A DNA stretch of 64,000 nucleotides from Candidatus Latescibacterota bacterium (GTDB lineage Bacteria; Latescibacterota; UBA2968; UBA8231). Below are positions 9,934 to 19,299 of the stretch, piece after piece; the stretch's first letter is position 1; each line of letters starts with the position of its first letter. Under the pieces are notes generated by a model. That model was given only the letters and a program-made list of their open reading frames with translations, did no database searches and was not told where the DNA came from. A program made the position numbers and the translations under genes. The DNA lies in NCBI GenBank assembly GCA_965219385.1, contig CBDCNM010000002.1:2536936-2600935 (forward strand), given 5' to 3'.

Positions 9934-10944
9934 TCAAAATTCCACCGGGGACTCGGCCCGCCGCCTGCGGGCGACGAATTCCTGGAAGCGCTCATCCTCC
10001 ACGGCGATCAGCCCTTCGTAGCGGCGGCGCAGTTCAGCGATGTAGGCCTCGTACAAGGGTGCGGCTTTTTCCTCCCGCAGGTCCCTGGCGATTCGCGCCC
10101 GCCAGGCTACCGCAGCACCGGCGGCAGAGGGCGCCTCCTTGGCGTAGCGCGCCTTGTGGGCCTCGTAATAGGCCTTGAGTTCGGCCTCGGTAATCGGAAC
10201 CCTGGCCAGGATCTGCCGCTGCAAGAGCGCCTCGATCATCTTCTGCCGGCGCACCTGCTCGCGCTTTGGGCGCAGTTCCTCGTAGATCCCCCGCTCCCGG
10301 GCTTCCAGGACCAGTAGCTGGTCGACGATAAAAGTCCGGGTGACCTGGAAGCCCAGGGCGGGCGCTGAAGTCGGAAGGTTTCCCTCCGGCGAGGGCAGCC
10401 TTTTCAGCGCCCTCAGGTAGTGACCCACGGTCCAGTCGCCCAGGGTGCTACGCACCAGCCTGGCGGAGGAATCAGGGCCTGCGGCTTGCAGCAGGTGCTG
10501 CATGGCGACCTCGTCGACATGCAGCTCGTACTTGCGGACCAGGTGCTCCACAAAAGCGAGGTTGTCCTCCCAGGACGGGGTGTGGCCCTTCTCTACCGAG
10601 AGCAGGGCTTCGATCAACCGGGCGCGTTCCCAGGCCTCCACCTGTCGCCTTACCTGCTCGTGGTGTTCGAGGCCCTGTTCGCGGGCCTGGTGCGTTAGCA
10701 GTTCCCTGTCGATGAGCAGCTGGAACTGCCGGCGCCACTCCTCCAGGCTCCTGAAGACGGTCCCGGCGCCTGCATCCAGTTTGTCGAGAGCCCGCTCGAA
10801 ATCGGCGTCCGTGATTTCAACGGTGTCGACGCGGGCGAGCACGACCGGCTCCCTCTTTTTTTTTTCCGACAACCCGCCACAGGCGCCCCACAGCAGGACG
10901 AGGACGAGCAGCGGATGGATTAAAATAGAACGGTATCCAGACAC
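9934..10944 (-). CDS. SurA/PrsA-like chaperone lipoprotein lacking the parvulin domain, ~336 aa
   Basis: GTG start 2 nt after the upstream stop; lipobox LWGA-C; VVLARVD..IT...LIDRELL..AR..GL and ITEAELKAYYEAHK motifs; ~120 aa missing relative to paralog 19539. Confidence 0.7.
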   Translation of the reverse strand: MSGYRSILIHPLLVLVLLWGACGGLSEKKKREPVVLARVDTVEITDADFERALDKLDAGAGTVFRSLEEWRRQFQLLIDRELLTHQAREQGLEHHEQVRRQVEAWERARLIEALLSVEKGHTPSWEDNLAFVEHLVRKYELHVDEVAMQHLLQAAGPDSSARLVRSTLGDWTVGHYLRALKRLPSPEGNLPTSAPALGFQVTRTFIVDQLLVLEARERGIYEELRPKREQVRRQKMIEALLQRQILARVPITEAELKAYYEAHKARYAKEAPSAAGAAVAWRARIARDLREEKAAPLYEAYIAELRRRYEGLIAVEDERFQEFVARRRRAESPVEF

Positions 10945-10945
10945 C

Positions 10946-13561
10946 TTAGAAACCAAAGCCCCACCGATCGGCCGGCCGGCCGCCCTGGCGCTCCTCCTCG
11001 AGACCGGCAAAGATCTCCACGAAGGCGATGGTATTGCTGATATCGAGATCCTCGAGGTTGGAGAAGTTGATGTCGTTAACCTGGAAACCAATATTGGAGC
11101 TCACACTGTAGCCCTGGTACTGGACCCGGTTGGTGTACTGGGTGGTGAAGACCTTGCCGACGAAATCGTCCACGTATTCCGGCGGCAGCGGGTCGGGAAT
11201 GGGTTCGCCGTTGCGGAAGACGATGGCTTCGACGCCGACTTCCACCCGGCTCTGGGTCAGTACTGGAAAGACCGCGCTCAGGGAGAATATCTGGCTCAGC
11301 TCGTTGATTTCGAGCTGGATGGCCCGCGGCTGGGTCCGCTTGCGCCACATGCTCTTCCACCTGGGGATCAGGATGACGTTGTCGCGCACCTCGAAGGGAT
11401 AGTCGGCCTTGTTGATGATGCCGAGGAAGGTGCTGTTGTCGAGCAGGTCCTTGGCGTCGCCCCGCTGCTTGAAGTGGTCCAGGCGGAGCTTGTTCCGGAG
11501 GGAAAGGCTGCCCCGGATGTAGGTGTAGCCGAAAAAGCTCTGGTTGACCATGGTGTCCCGGGTGATCAGCGGATCGTCGAAGGGCTGCAGACCGCCCACC
11601 GTGCCGGGACGCTGCACCCACTGCAGCAGGTTGTCGGAGATGTTGTCCTTGACGAACTTGAGCATGTGGAAAACTTCGAAGCGGCCCACCCGGGGCACAT
11701 CCCGCAGGCCGCTGAGTAGCGCGTACCACATCTTGCTGCGCTCCTGGCTAGCAATGAGCCACTCGCGCGAGCGGCCTACGTTCAGGGAGAGGCCCGGATA
11801 GACCTCGCTGCCGACGTAGGCGTTGTAGCCGCGATGGCCCTTCTTGTAGGGGTAATCGGCTTCGTCGTCGTTTTCGAAGCGATCAATGACGGTGTTGTTA
11901 TTCATGTCGACGCCGAAGAGGAAGTCGGGCGGGTCCACGTAGTGCCTGAGGAAGGGCTCGTTGTAGTCGGGGGTGCGGTTGGAATTCTCGTTGAAGTCCG
12001 ACACCAGGTCGTTGTTCTCGTCCAGCCCCGGGAAGACCGCCGAGTCACCCCCTAAACCGCCGAAACGAGCCCAGTCCACGAGGCGGTCCTGGTCGTCGTT
12101 ATCGTCGATGTACTCGAACCAGTTCTGCCGCTGGTTCTCGTAGTCAACGAAGTCGTTCTGGTCGGGGATGAAGGCGCGGGTGGTGTAGTCGTGGTCCATG
12201 CTGAACACCTCGCCGTAACCGAAGAGCCGCCCTTCCCGCTTGGTGGCGTTGAGGAACCAGGCCTCAGAGGTCCTATCGTTCTTCTCGAGGTTGCTCAGCT
12301 TCTCGATATTGATATTGGGATAGCGCTGGAACTGGGTATTGCGGGCGAGTTCACCCCTCACCTCGAAGCCCAGCATGTCCTCTACCTCCAGGTCGATGCT
12401 GGCGATCTGGTTGGCCGACGGCAGGCCGTAGTCGAAGCTGACCACCCGCTGGTTGGTGTTGTCGCGGACGTTGTCCTTGGCGCGGGCCACCGGCAGGAAG
12501 ATGGGCTGGCCGTTGAGATTGGTCTGCAGATTGGAGGTGACCTCGACCTGGTAGTCGTTGGAGAGCACCAAATCGAAGCGGACCTCCTGCACCACCAGCG
12601 CATCGGGTACAGCGAAGCGGAGGAGGACGGGGGCCTCCTCAAGGGCCTCGAGGAAGCCTTCGCGCTGGCGCCCCCCCTCGATGGTCGGTTTGACAGCGGT
12701 AGACTCGCCGTCCACGATCATCAGCGCGGAGAAGAAGAGCGCGCCAGAGCCGTCGCCGGGCGAGTCGTCGGAGATGCGGATGACGATCTCGGTGACATTG
12801 CCCGAGTTCTGGCTGCTGGTCAGCAGGCCGCCCAGGGAGGCCTCGGAGAAATTGCTGCGGCTGGAGCCGAAGTGGGTATTGACCAGGGTGGCCCCCAGCT
12901 TGATGAAGTCGCCGATCTGGGCCGTGCCGCGCAGGCCGACAAGATTGGTGTAGTCGCTGCGCTGGTCCCTATCCGTACCCTGGACGGTGCGCACAGGTTC
13001 GCTGACGCGCGACACGAGAATAGTGCCTCCGTACTTGTCGGAGAGGATGTCCCACTGCACCCCGTTGAACCTCGAGCGGCTGAAGGTGAGCGGCGTCAGG
13101 GTGGTGCGGAGCTCGTCGCCTATGGTCAGGGCGGAATAGTACTGTCCTTTGGAGTCAGCCGCCACGATCAGGTTGCTGAACCAGCTGCTGAAGCGGCCGT
13201 CCTTGAATACGGTGCTGCCGAAGGCCAGCGGTTGCTCCTGGCGCCATTCGTATATGGGCCAGCCACGGGTGACCCAGTTGCCGAAGATATCGTACTGGCT
13301 TCTCCCCTCCAGTTCGGTGCTGACGTAGCGCTGGTAGGTCTCGCGGGCGTAGTTGGTGTACTTGTACCCGCCCCAGTTGTAGATGTGGTAGAGGTCCTGG
13401 GGCACGTACCACTTGCGCAGCGTGGGGACGAGCGGATCAAAGCCTTCGATGCGGATCTGTGCAGTGGCCCCCCGCTCCCTGCCCGGAGTCGCTGCAAAAG
13501 CGCTGGACACCCAACTGGCCATCGACAGCACAATAAGCGCCCACAACGCTGATTCTCGCAT
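10946..13561 (-). CDS. exported protein, probable outer-membrane beta-barrel with Ca-binding D/N-rich insert, ~871 aa
   Basis: ATG 13561 with AGGGAGGG SD; signal peptide (..SSAFA); amphipathic strand-like C-terminal third ending WGFGF; DDNDDQD/DENND/DMNNN motifs. Confidence 0.7.
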   Translation of the reverse strand: MRESALWALIVLSMASWVSSAFAATPGRERGATAQIRIEGFDPLVPTLRKWYVPQDLYHIYNWGGYKYTNYARETYQRYVSTELEGRSQYDIFGNWVTRGWPIYEWRQEQPLAFGSTVFKDGRFSSWFSNLIVAADSKGQYYSALTIGDELRTTLTPLTFSRSRFNGVQWDILSDKYGGTILVSRVSEPVRTVQGTDRDQRSDYTNLVGLRGTAQIGDFIKLGATLVNTHFGSSRSNFSEASLGGLLTSSQNSGNVTEIVIRISDDSPGDGSGALFFSALMIVDGESTAVKPTIEGGRQREGFLEALEEAPVLLRFAVPDALVVQEVRFDLVLSNDYQVEVTSNLQTNLNGQPIFLPVARAKDNVRDNTNQRVVSFDYGLPSANQIASIDLEVEDMLGFEVRGELARNTQFQRYPNINIEKLSNLEKNDRTSEAWFLNATKREGRLFGYGEVFSMDHDYTTRAFIPDQNDFVDYENQRQNWFEYIDDNDDQDRLVDWARFGGLGGDSAVFPGLDENNDLVSDFNENSNRTPDYNEPFLRHYVDPPDFLFGVDMNNNTVIDRFENDDEADYPYKKGHRGYNAYVGSEVYPGLSLNVGRSREWLIASQERSKMWYALLSGLRDVPRVGRFEVFHMLKFVKDNISDNLLQWVQRPGTVGGLQPFDDPLITRDTMVNQSFFGYTYIRGSLSLRNKLRLDHFKQRGDAKDLLDNSTFLGIINKADYPFEVRDNVILIPRWKSMWRKRTQPRAIQLEINELSQIFSLSAVFPVLTQSRVEVGVEAIVFRNGEPIPDPLPPEYVDDFVGKVFTTQYTNRVQYQGYSVSSNIGFQVNDINFSNLEDLDISNTIAFVEIFAGLEEERQGGRPADRWGFGF

Positions 13562-13599
13562 GATATCCCTCCCTGAGGTACAGCGAATTTGGATATTTT

Positions 13600-15357
13600 T
13601 CAATACGCCACGGCGATGGTGCGGAGCCGGGCGGTTTCGCCCGCATCGGTGTCCGCCACCAGCCGGGTCACGTAGAGCCCCGGCGGCACCAGTGCATCCT
13701 GGTCGTCGCGGCCGTCCCAGATCACGGCGTTGGGTCCGCTCAGGTCCCGCTGGTCGTAGAGGCGCCGCACCAGTCCGCCCCCCAAATCGTGGATGGTCAC
13801 CTCGACCTGGACCTGGCTGGTGGCCTTCAGCAGGATGTAGTTGAGTCTCAATTCGTCGTTGCGGCCGTCGCCGTTGGGCGTGATCACCGGGGAGGAGAAG
13901 GAGACCTCCGCGAACAGGCGGTCCTCTATCTTGCCCCCTACGATCAGGGTATTGGAGTCCACCGCCTCGCTGGCGTCACCGTCAATGACGCGCTGCGGGA
14001 AGGCGTCGGACTGGCTGTCGCCCACCAGGCCGCGGAACTCGGTACCCGAGACCGTCATCAGGGTTTCGAAGTGCACGGTCACTTCCCGGCCGGTGCGCTC
14101 GACGCGGTTGTCGGGGAAGAGCACCTTCAGCTGCTCGTCGGTGGCTTCCTGGGTGAAGCTGACCGCCTGGCCGTCCCCTTCCACGGCCGTGGTCCGGGCC
14201 TGGAAGGGGGTGGTGATGAAGATCGTGTCGAAGCCCCGGTTGCTTCTAGAAATGACGGACCTGAGGTGGTAGGTGAAGCTGTTGGTCTGGCCGATGAGGG
14301 CCCGGGTCGGACTGATCTCGCCCACCACCGAATCGGCGATGGCCGGTACGGTGTAGTCGAAGCTCAGCGAATCGACCACGGCCTTGTCCAGCAGCCCGTT
14401 CGAGATGAAGCGGAACTCGAACTGCACATAGCGCCTGTTGTCGGGCGAGTTCAGGCCGCTCAGCAGCTCGCCGTAGGGCGGGCTCCAGGCGCTCCAGTCG
14501 CGCCTGTTCACCCGGACCTGGCCGGCGTAGGACGGGTCGAGGGTGCGGTCGAACTGGTTCTCGGGGACCTCTTCGAACTCCCCGGGGATGCCCGTCTGTT
14601 TGAAGAAGAGCGAATCGTTGGGGACGGTGCCGGTCTTGGTGCTGAAAAGGATCTGCGCCTTGGGGTCGATGCGGGCGTGGACGGTCACCGGACCGAAGTT
14701 GGCCGGGGCGCCCAGGTCGATGACCCGGGAGACATAGTGGGCGAAAGGGGTCACGCCGATGCCGAAGACCTCCATATCGCCCATCTGGAAGTAGCGCTCC
14801 CCGGTGCTGCGCAGCTTCAAGAAGCGCACGGGCAGTGGGTCGAAGCGGATATCGAGTTCGGGTTCGCCGTGGGAGCGGTCCTGGACGATGAGGTTGTAGA
14901 TGGGCTGCCCCCTGGAGAAGTTGAGACTGTCCCCGTCGTTGGCGTAGAGTTCGTACCCGCGCAGGGAGCGCTCGTCCGAGCTGAGCACTCCGCGCCGCAG
15001 GCGGATGCGCTGCAGGACGAAGACCGCTCCCATGTCCAGGGTCAGCTCCGCGCCGTTGGTATTGGTGTAGACCCGCCATCCGGTGCGGTAGTCCCCGTCG
15101 GTGAGTTTGTCGAGGATCCTGCGGCCGTAAGGGGAGGCGAAGGCCTCCCCGCCCAGTTCGCGTACCCGGGGCATGAGGTTTTTCGTGGTGTCGGCATCGA
15201 GGGGTGCCAGACTCCCTTCGAGCTCTTCGAGAGCGGTAAAGAGGACGTCGTTACCCACCCACGGCTGGCCCGAGCCCCCGAATAGCAGGCGCTCGGCCGC
15301 CGCAACCGGGGTGGTGGCCGCCGCAGCCAGGATCAGGAGAAGAATAGATCTATACAT
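13600..15357 (-). CDS. secreted discoidin(F5/8-like) + FlgD-Ig/'TPNGDG' C-terminal domain protein, ~585 aa
   Basis: ATG 15357 after GGAGG; signal peptide; LTDGD..TGW, LDMGA, WSAWS, RRYVQF; ITPNGDGRND...WDGRDDQDALVPPGLY...IAVAY*. Confidence 0.85.
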   Translation of the reverse strand: MYRSILLLILAAAATTPVAAAERLLFGGSGQPWVGNDVLFTALEELEGSLAPLDADTTKNLMPRVRELGGEAFASPYGRRILDKLTDGDYRTGWRVYTNTNGAELTLDMGAVFVLQRIRLRRGVLSSDERSLRGYELYANDGDSLNFSRGQPIYNLIVQDRSHGEPELDIRFDPLPVRFLKLRSTGERYFQMGDMEVFGIGVTPFAHYVSRVIDLGAPANFGPVTVHARIDPKAQILFSTKTGTVPNDSLFFKQTGIPGEFEEVPENQFDRTLDPSYAGQVRVNRRDWSAWSPPYGELLSGLNSPDNRRYVQFEFRFISNGLLDKAVVDSLSFDYTVPAIADSVVGEISPTRALIGQTNSFTYHLRSVISRSNRGFDTIFITTPFQARTTAVEGDGQAVSFTQEATDEQLKVLFPDNRVERTGREVTVHFETLMTVSGTEFRGLVGDSQSDAFPQRVIDGDASEAVDSNTLIVGGKIEDRLFAEVSFSSPVITPNGDGRNDELRLNYILLKATSQVQVEVTIHDLGGGLVRRLYDQRDLSGPNAVIWDGRDDQDALVPPGLYVTRLVADTDAGETARLRTIAVAY

Positions 15358-15366
15358 GCGTTCCTC

Positions 15367-15420
15367 CACTTGCGAAAAAGCTGATGACGCTCGCACTTGC
15401 GAAAAAGCTGATGACGCTCG
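15367..15420. repeat. perfect 27-bp tandem duplication
   Basis: cacttgcgaaaaagctgatgacgctcg x2, directly upstream of the SD of the 15357 gene. Confidence 0.95.
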
Positions 15421-15919
15421 CGACGCTGCACTTGCCCGATGGCACGGGTGCATGCTTTCAGTGCCTCCGTGTCCCGCTTGCCTAGAATTCGTTTGCCTTC
15501 TTCGATCTAGCTGCCCATCCGCAACAGCCGCTCTTTCTCGATCAGAGCCGTCCTCAGTACTTCATCGCTACCTGCCATGGATTCTCTCTTACCTTTCGCC
15601 GTCTTCGGTCCCGTGATCCTCTTTGGTCACTCCTATCCACCCACCCAGAGCCTCTGTGGCCTCCCTGCCCCTGAGATAGACATGTACATCCTGCGGCATA
15701 TGTGCATATAGCTTCTCTAACGAGCACGCGCTCTTCAGTTGGTGCCCCTTCCAAGCTCCAGCCGTTTCTTTCGTAGCTTTTCTTCTCCGGGTATTTGGTC
15801 TATCAGTGTCCGCCAGTGCCTCGGGGGTGTTCCGGCTTCGCCGATGAATTCAAAGCCTTCACCTGTCCAGCTAACCTGGCTTTGCTTGATCCCTTCAAAG
15901 CCAAAGTCCCGGCGCAACT

Positions 15920-16217
15920 CAAGCGTCTTCGAACTGCTGGGCGATCTCAATGCGGATAATGCGCACCGAGCCGTGGGCGAATGCCAGCTCGACCACGTGC
16001 CGCCGCCGAATTTATCCGCGTTGAGCACGGCATTGATATCCTTGCGCAAGGCGACCGGAAGGATCCGCCCGTCGGCCATCACCTCTACGGTCCCCAGGGG
16101 CAGGTCCCAGTCCTGCCAATCCCGCGCGGCATTGAACGAGATCCGCTCGCCCTGGACCGGATGCCCAGCCAGGACCATCAGGGCGACCAGGCCCTGTAAA
16201 CGGACTGGAAATTTCAT
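15920..16217 (-). pseudogene. truncated, internally deleted discoidin-FlgD family gene
   Basis: MKFPVR...ERISFNAARDWQDWDLPLGTVEV...RKDINAVLNADKFGGG matches the N-terminus of 51066/55019, then jumps frame to HVVELAF...IIRIEI and stops; followed by lower-GC sequence (~15480-15900). Confidence 0.8.
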
Positions 16218-16254
16218 GGCTTTACTTCCGTTTTTCTCGCGCTGCCCACACAGC

Positions 16255-18066
16255 TCAATAGGCCACGCCCACAATTCGCGTCCTCGTCTCCGAGCCGGTG
16301 TCCGTATCCACCGTCAGCCCCAGCAGGTAGAGTCCGGGCGGCACCAGCTGGCCGGACGCATCCCGCCCCTCCCAGGTGACCACCTGAGGGCCGTTGAGCG
16401 CATCAATCTGCTGCAACTGGTGCACGGGATTGCCCGCCAGGTCGTAGAGGATCAGTTCCACCGCTACCGGGTTGAGGGCCCGCAGCAGGATGTAGGAGAT
16501 GGCCAGATCGTCGTTGGCTCCGTCCCCGTTGGGGGTGAATACAGGTGGATCGGTCTGGAGCCCCAGGAGCAATTGGTTGCTCAGCTCGCCCTGGATCGAC
16601 AACCGGTCGCTGGCGCTGCCCGGCGAGGCGTTGCCGGGCACCACGTCCTGCCCCAGTTCGCCGCTGGCGCTGTCAAAGACCTTGCCGAAGAAAGTGGTGC
16701 CATAGACGGTGACCAGGGCGTCGAAGGCGATGCGCAGGGTCTGGCCCGAGGTCGCGACCCGGTCTCCAGTGAGCTGCACGGTCAGGCTGAGCTCGTCCTC
16801 GGCTTCCACCTCCTCAAAGGAGATGGCCACCCCGTCCAGTTCGACGGAGCGGAGCGCGGCCCGGAAAGGAGTCTGGATCTGCACGCGGTCAAAGCCCGGG
16901 TTGTCGGGACCGAACTCGGAGCGGATGTAGTAATCAAAGGTATGGGGCTGGCCCAGGACCACGGTGGCCGGACTGATCTCGGATACGGCCTCGGCGGCCA
17001 GAGCGGGGCTCGAGTGCTCAAAGGAGAAGGACTCCACGGCCGCACCCAGGCGGGCGTCCTGCGAGGAAAAGAAAAGGCGGAACTGGACGTACTGCCGGTT
17101 GCCCGGGGAGAGGAAATCGCCATTGAAATCCTCGTACGGGGCCGACCAGGGGCTCCACTCCTCCAAATTGTCCACGATATCGCCCTTGTCCGCTTGGAGC
17201 AGGTCTTCATATTCCTCCGCCGCTTCGGGCGAGCCCACGGGCAAGATCGGCTCCTGAGCCCGCCCCTCCCCCACAAAGAGATCGGACTTGCGGTAATAGA
17301 TGAGGGGATCGGGCACCGAACCCGAGCGGGTCTGCAGGACCACATGGGTCAGCGAGTCCAGGCGGACCGGCAGCTGGATGCGGCCGAAATTGGCCGGCTC
17401 CCCCAGGTCGATGACTTCGGAGGTGAATTGGCCAGTGGGCGCAAAACCATCCCCGAAGACTTCGGCCTCGATCAGGCTGAACTCCTGGGTGGAGCGGCTT
17501 ATGAGTCGAATGAAGCGCACAAACTGCAGCGGGATCTCCACGTCGATCTCGGGCTCGTCCTGCTCCAGGTTGGTCTTCACCAGATTGGTGTAGGCAACCG
17601 GGCGACCGTTGCGCAACTGGGCGGGGTCGCCGTCGTGGACGAAGAGTTCGTAGGCGCGCAGAAAGGCATCCTCGCCGCCCACGAAGCGAATGCGGTTGAT
17701 CGGCAGGATAGCGCCCAGATCAATCACCATGGAGGTGCCGTCGGGGCGGCGCTCCCGGGTCACCCGCCAGGAGGTTTCGAGGTTGTTGTCGATCAGCAGG
17801 AGGGTGAGGTTCTCCCGCGCCTGCGGCGATGAGATCTCCCCGCCGCGCCGCAGGATATCGGACAGGGCATTGCTGGCCGGATTCACAGTGGCCGGGATGA
17901 GCACATTGTCCGCGGTGGTCACTCCGTCGAGTGACCCAATGGACTCCCAGTTCTGGTCGCCGGTCCCCACCTTCCAGATATCGATGCCTGCCGCCGGTCC
18001 GCTCCAGGCGCACAGCAGGGCGGCCAGTCCCAGCAGGGTCTTGCCCGCTTTAGAAGATTTATTCAT
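16255..18066 (-). CDS. secreted discoidin(F5/8-like) + FlgD-Ig/'TPNGDG' C-terminal domain protein, 603 aa
   Basis: Signal peptide; LIDNNLETSW, IDLGA, WSPWS, RQYVQF; FTPNGDGAND...WEGRDASGQLVPPGLY...IVGVAY*; clear paralog of 13600-15357. Confidence 0.88.
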   Translation of the reverse strand: MNKSSKAGKTLLGLAALLCAWSGPAAGIDIWKVGTGDQNWESIGSLDGVTTADNVLIPATVNPASNALSDILRRGGEISSPQARENLTLLLIDNNLETSWRVTRERRPDGTSMVIDLGAILPINRIRFVGGEDAFLRAYELFVHDGDPAQLRNGRPVAYTNLVKTNLEQDEPEIDVEIPLQFVRFIRLISRSTQEFSLIEAEVFGDGFAPTGQFTSEVIDLGEPANFGRIQLPVRLDSLTHVVLQTRSGSVPDPLIYYRKSDLFVGEGRAQEPILPVGSPEAAEEYEDLLQADKGDIVDNLEEWSPWSAPYEDFNGDFLSPGNRQYVQFRLFFSSQDARLGAAVESFSFEHSSPALAAEAVSEISPATVVLGQPHTFDYYIRSEFGPDNPGFDRVQIQTPFRAALRSVELDGVAISFEEVEAEDELSLTVQLTGDRVATSGQTLRIAFDALVTVYGTTFFGKVFDSASGELGQDVVPGNASPGSASDRLSIQGELSNQLLLGLQTDPPVFTPNGDGANDDLAISYILLRALNPVAVELILYDLAGNPVHQLQQIDALNGPQVVTWEGRDASGQLVPPGLYLLGLTVDTDTGSETRTRIVGVAY

Positions 18067-18087
18067 CAGAAGTTATAATATAAGCAA

Positions 18088-18119
18088 AGAGGGGAGGGGA
18101 TTCCAATCCCCTCCCCTCT
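18088..18119 (-). terminator. intrinsic terminator / stabilising hairpin after the first operon gene
   Basis: Perfect inverted repeat agaggggaggggatt-cc-aatcccctcccctct followed on the minus strand by TTTGCTTATATT. Confidence 0.75.
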
Positions 18120-18167
18120 GCTGAACTTGCTTTGACAATCGGTCCTGTCAGCCCATATTGCGGGCGC

Positions 18168-19070
18168 TTAGAGCTCTTCATCCACCAGGGCTTTGAGCTG
18201 GCCCCAGGAGGTGGCCTCGACAGCCGTGACGGACTCATCAACCGGGTTGAGGAAGACGTCGGGCATGCCGCCCGTGTTCATGAACTGCTCGGCCATGCTG
18301 TACTGGCCCTGCCAGAACATGTTGGTCTCCTCGCCCGATTCGCCGTTGACATTGGTGCCCGGATCCGCATCGTCGACCGAGATAGACATGCCAATGGTCG
18401 ACTCGGGGGTCAGGATCCACTCGGTGCTGGCTTCGGGACCGCTGTTGACGGCGATCGGATCGAAGAGAATGGCGCTGAACTCGTAGTAGTACTCCTCGCC
18501 CTCACTAGCCTCCTCGGTTTGGACGAAGTCGCCCGAGTGGGTCCACCAGAAGTCCCGGTTGTCCAACCCGAAGTGGCCCAGCGCGGACTCGTACATCTGT
18601 ATCCGCGAGAACTCCTCGGAGAAGGTCAGGCACATCTGGTAGGCCGGCTGCAGATCATCTTCGGGGGGCGCCGAGACCGGACCACCGCCCCCGTTGTCCG
18701 GATCGAAGTGCACTTCAACGGCGTCGTCCCGGAACAAACAGCCGGGATTCTTGTCCACGATCAGCACGTCGTCGTGCACGTGCACCATGGCGTTGATCGT
18801 GTTGTTGCTCGGCTGCCAGCCGATGATCATGTCGATGAAGAGATCATCGGCGTCATCGGCCCCACCGATGAGGGCGTTCATGTCATCGATGGTGATCTCG
18901 AAGCTGCGGTCCACCCAGGCCCAGTCAGCGTTGTCAGCGTCGATGGTGGGCTGATTGCCGGCCGGGATGCCCACGGCAAAGTAGAGCGGCACTTCGGCCG
19001 GTTCCTGAGCCAGAGAGCTACCGACGGCTACGAGCATCAGACCCAGCATAAGGACCAGTATTTTGCGCAT
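18168..19070 (-). CDS. exported CBM9/DOMON-like sugar-binding protein with C-terminal SWGxxK tail, 300 aa
   Basis: AAGGAGG SD; signal peptide; PTIDAD..DW, VHVHDD, DAVEVHFDPD, YYYEFS, IGMSISVDDAD; ends TAVEATSWGQLKALVDEEL. Confidence 0.8.
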   Translation of the reverse strand: MRKILVLMLGLMLVAVGSSLAQEPAEVPLYFAVGIPAGNQPTIDADNADWAWVDRSFEITIDDMNALIGGADDADDLFIDMIIGWQPSNNTINAMVHVHDDVLIVDKNPGCLFRDDAVEVHFDPDNGGGGPVSAPPEDDLQPAYQMCLTFSEEFSRIQMYESALGHFGLDNRDFWWTHSGDFVQTEEASEGEEYYYEFSAILFDPIAVNSGPEASTEWILTPESTIGMSISVDDADPGTNVNGESGEETNMFWQGQYSMAEQFMNTGGMPDVFLNPVDESVTAVEATSWGQLKALVDEEL

Positions 19071-19269
19071 TTGAATCCTCCTTAGGATGATTCGTGTCCA
19101 CTCTCCACTCCTCTGGAAAGTGGAATTGTATCTGATCTAAAGTGAGTAGTTATGCGACAAACGCGAAATTTTGTAGTGCTCCACCTCCTTTCTGGCCACT
19201 GAAATCCTGCAGTGGCCCCTCTGACGAATGCCTGGAATGCCTGATTTGGAGGTTCAGAAAATTTACTAT

Positions 19270-19299
19270 ATTTTAATTACACGACAACACGTTTGTCAA
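19270..19299 (-). promoter_or_regulatory. sigma70-type promoter for the 19070->443 operon
   Basis: Minus strand TTGACA-18 nt-TAAAAT in AT-rich intergenic DNA. Confidence 0.6.

Noticed and set aside
15367..15436. CRISPR-like repeat
   Set aside because: Two abutting 27-bp copies with no spacers and no cas genes.
362..17832. Long plus-strand ORFs (362-2443, 6187-10317, 13789-15285, 15739-17832 and similar elsewhere)
   Set aside because: Antisense shadows of real high-GC genes with no recognisable motifs.
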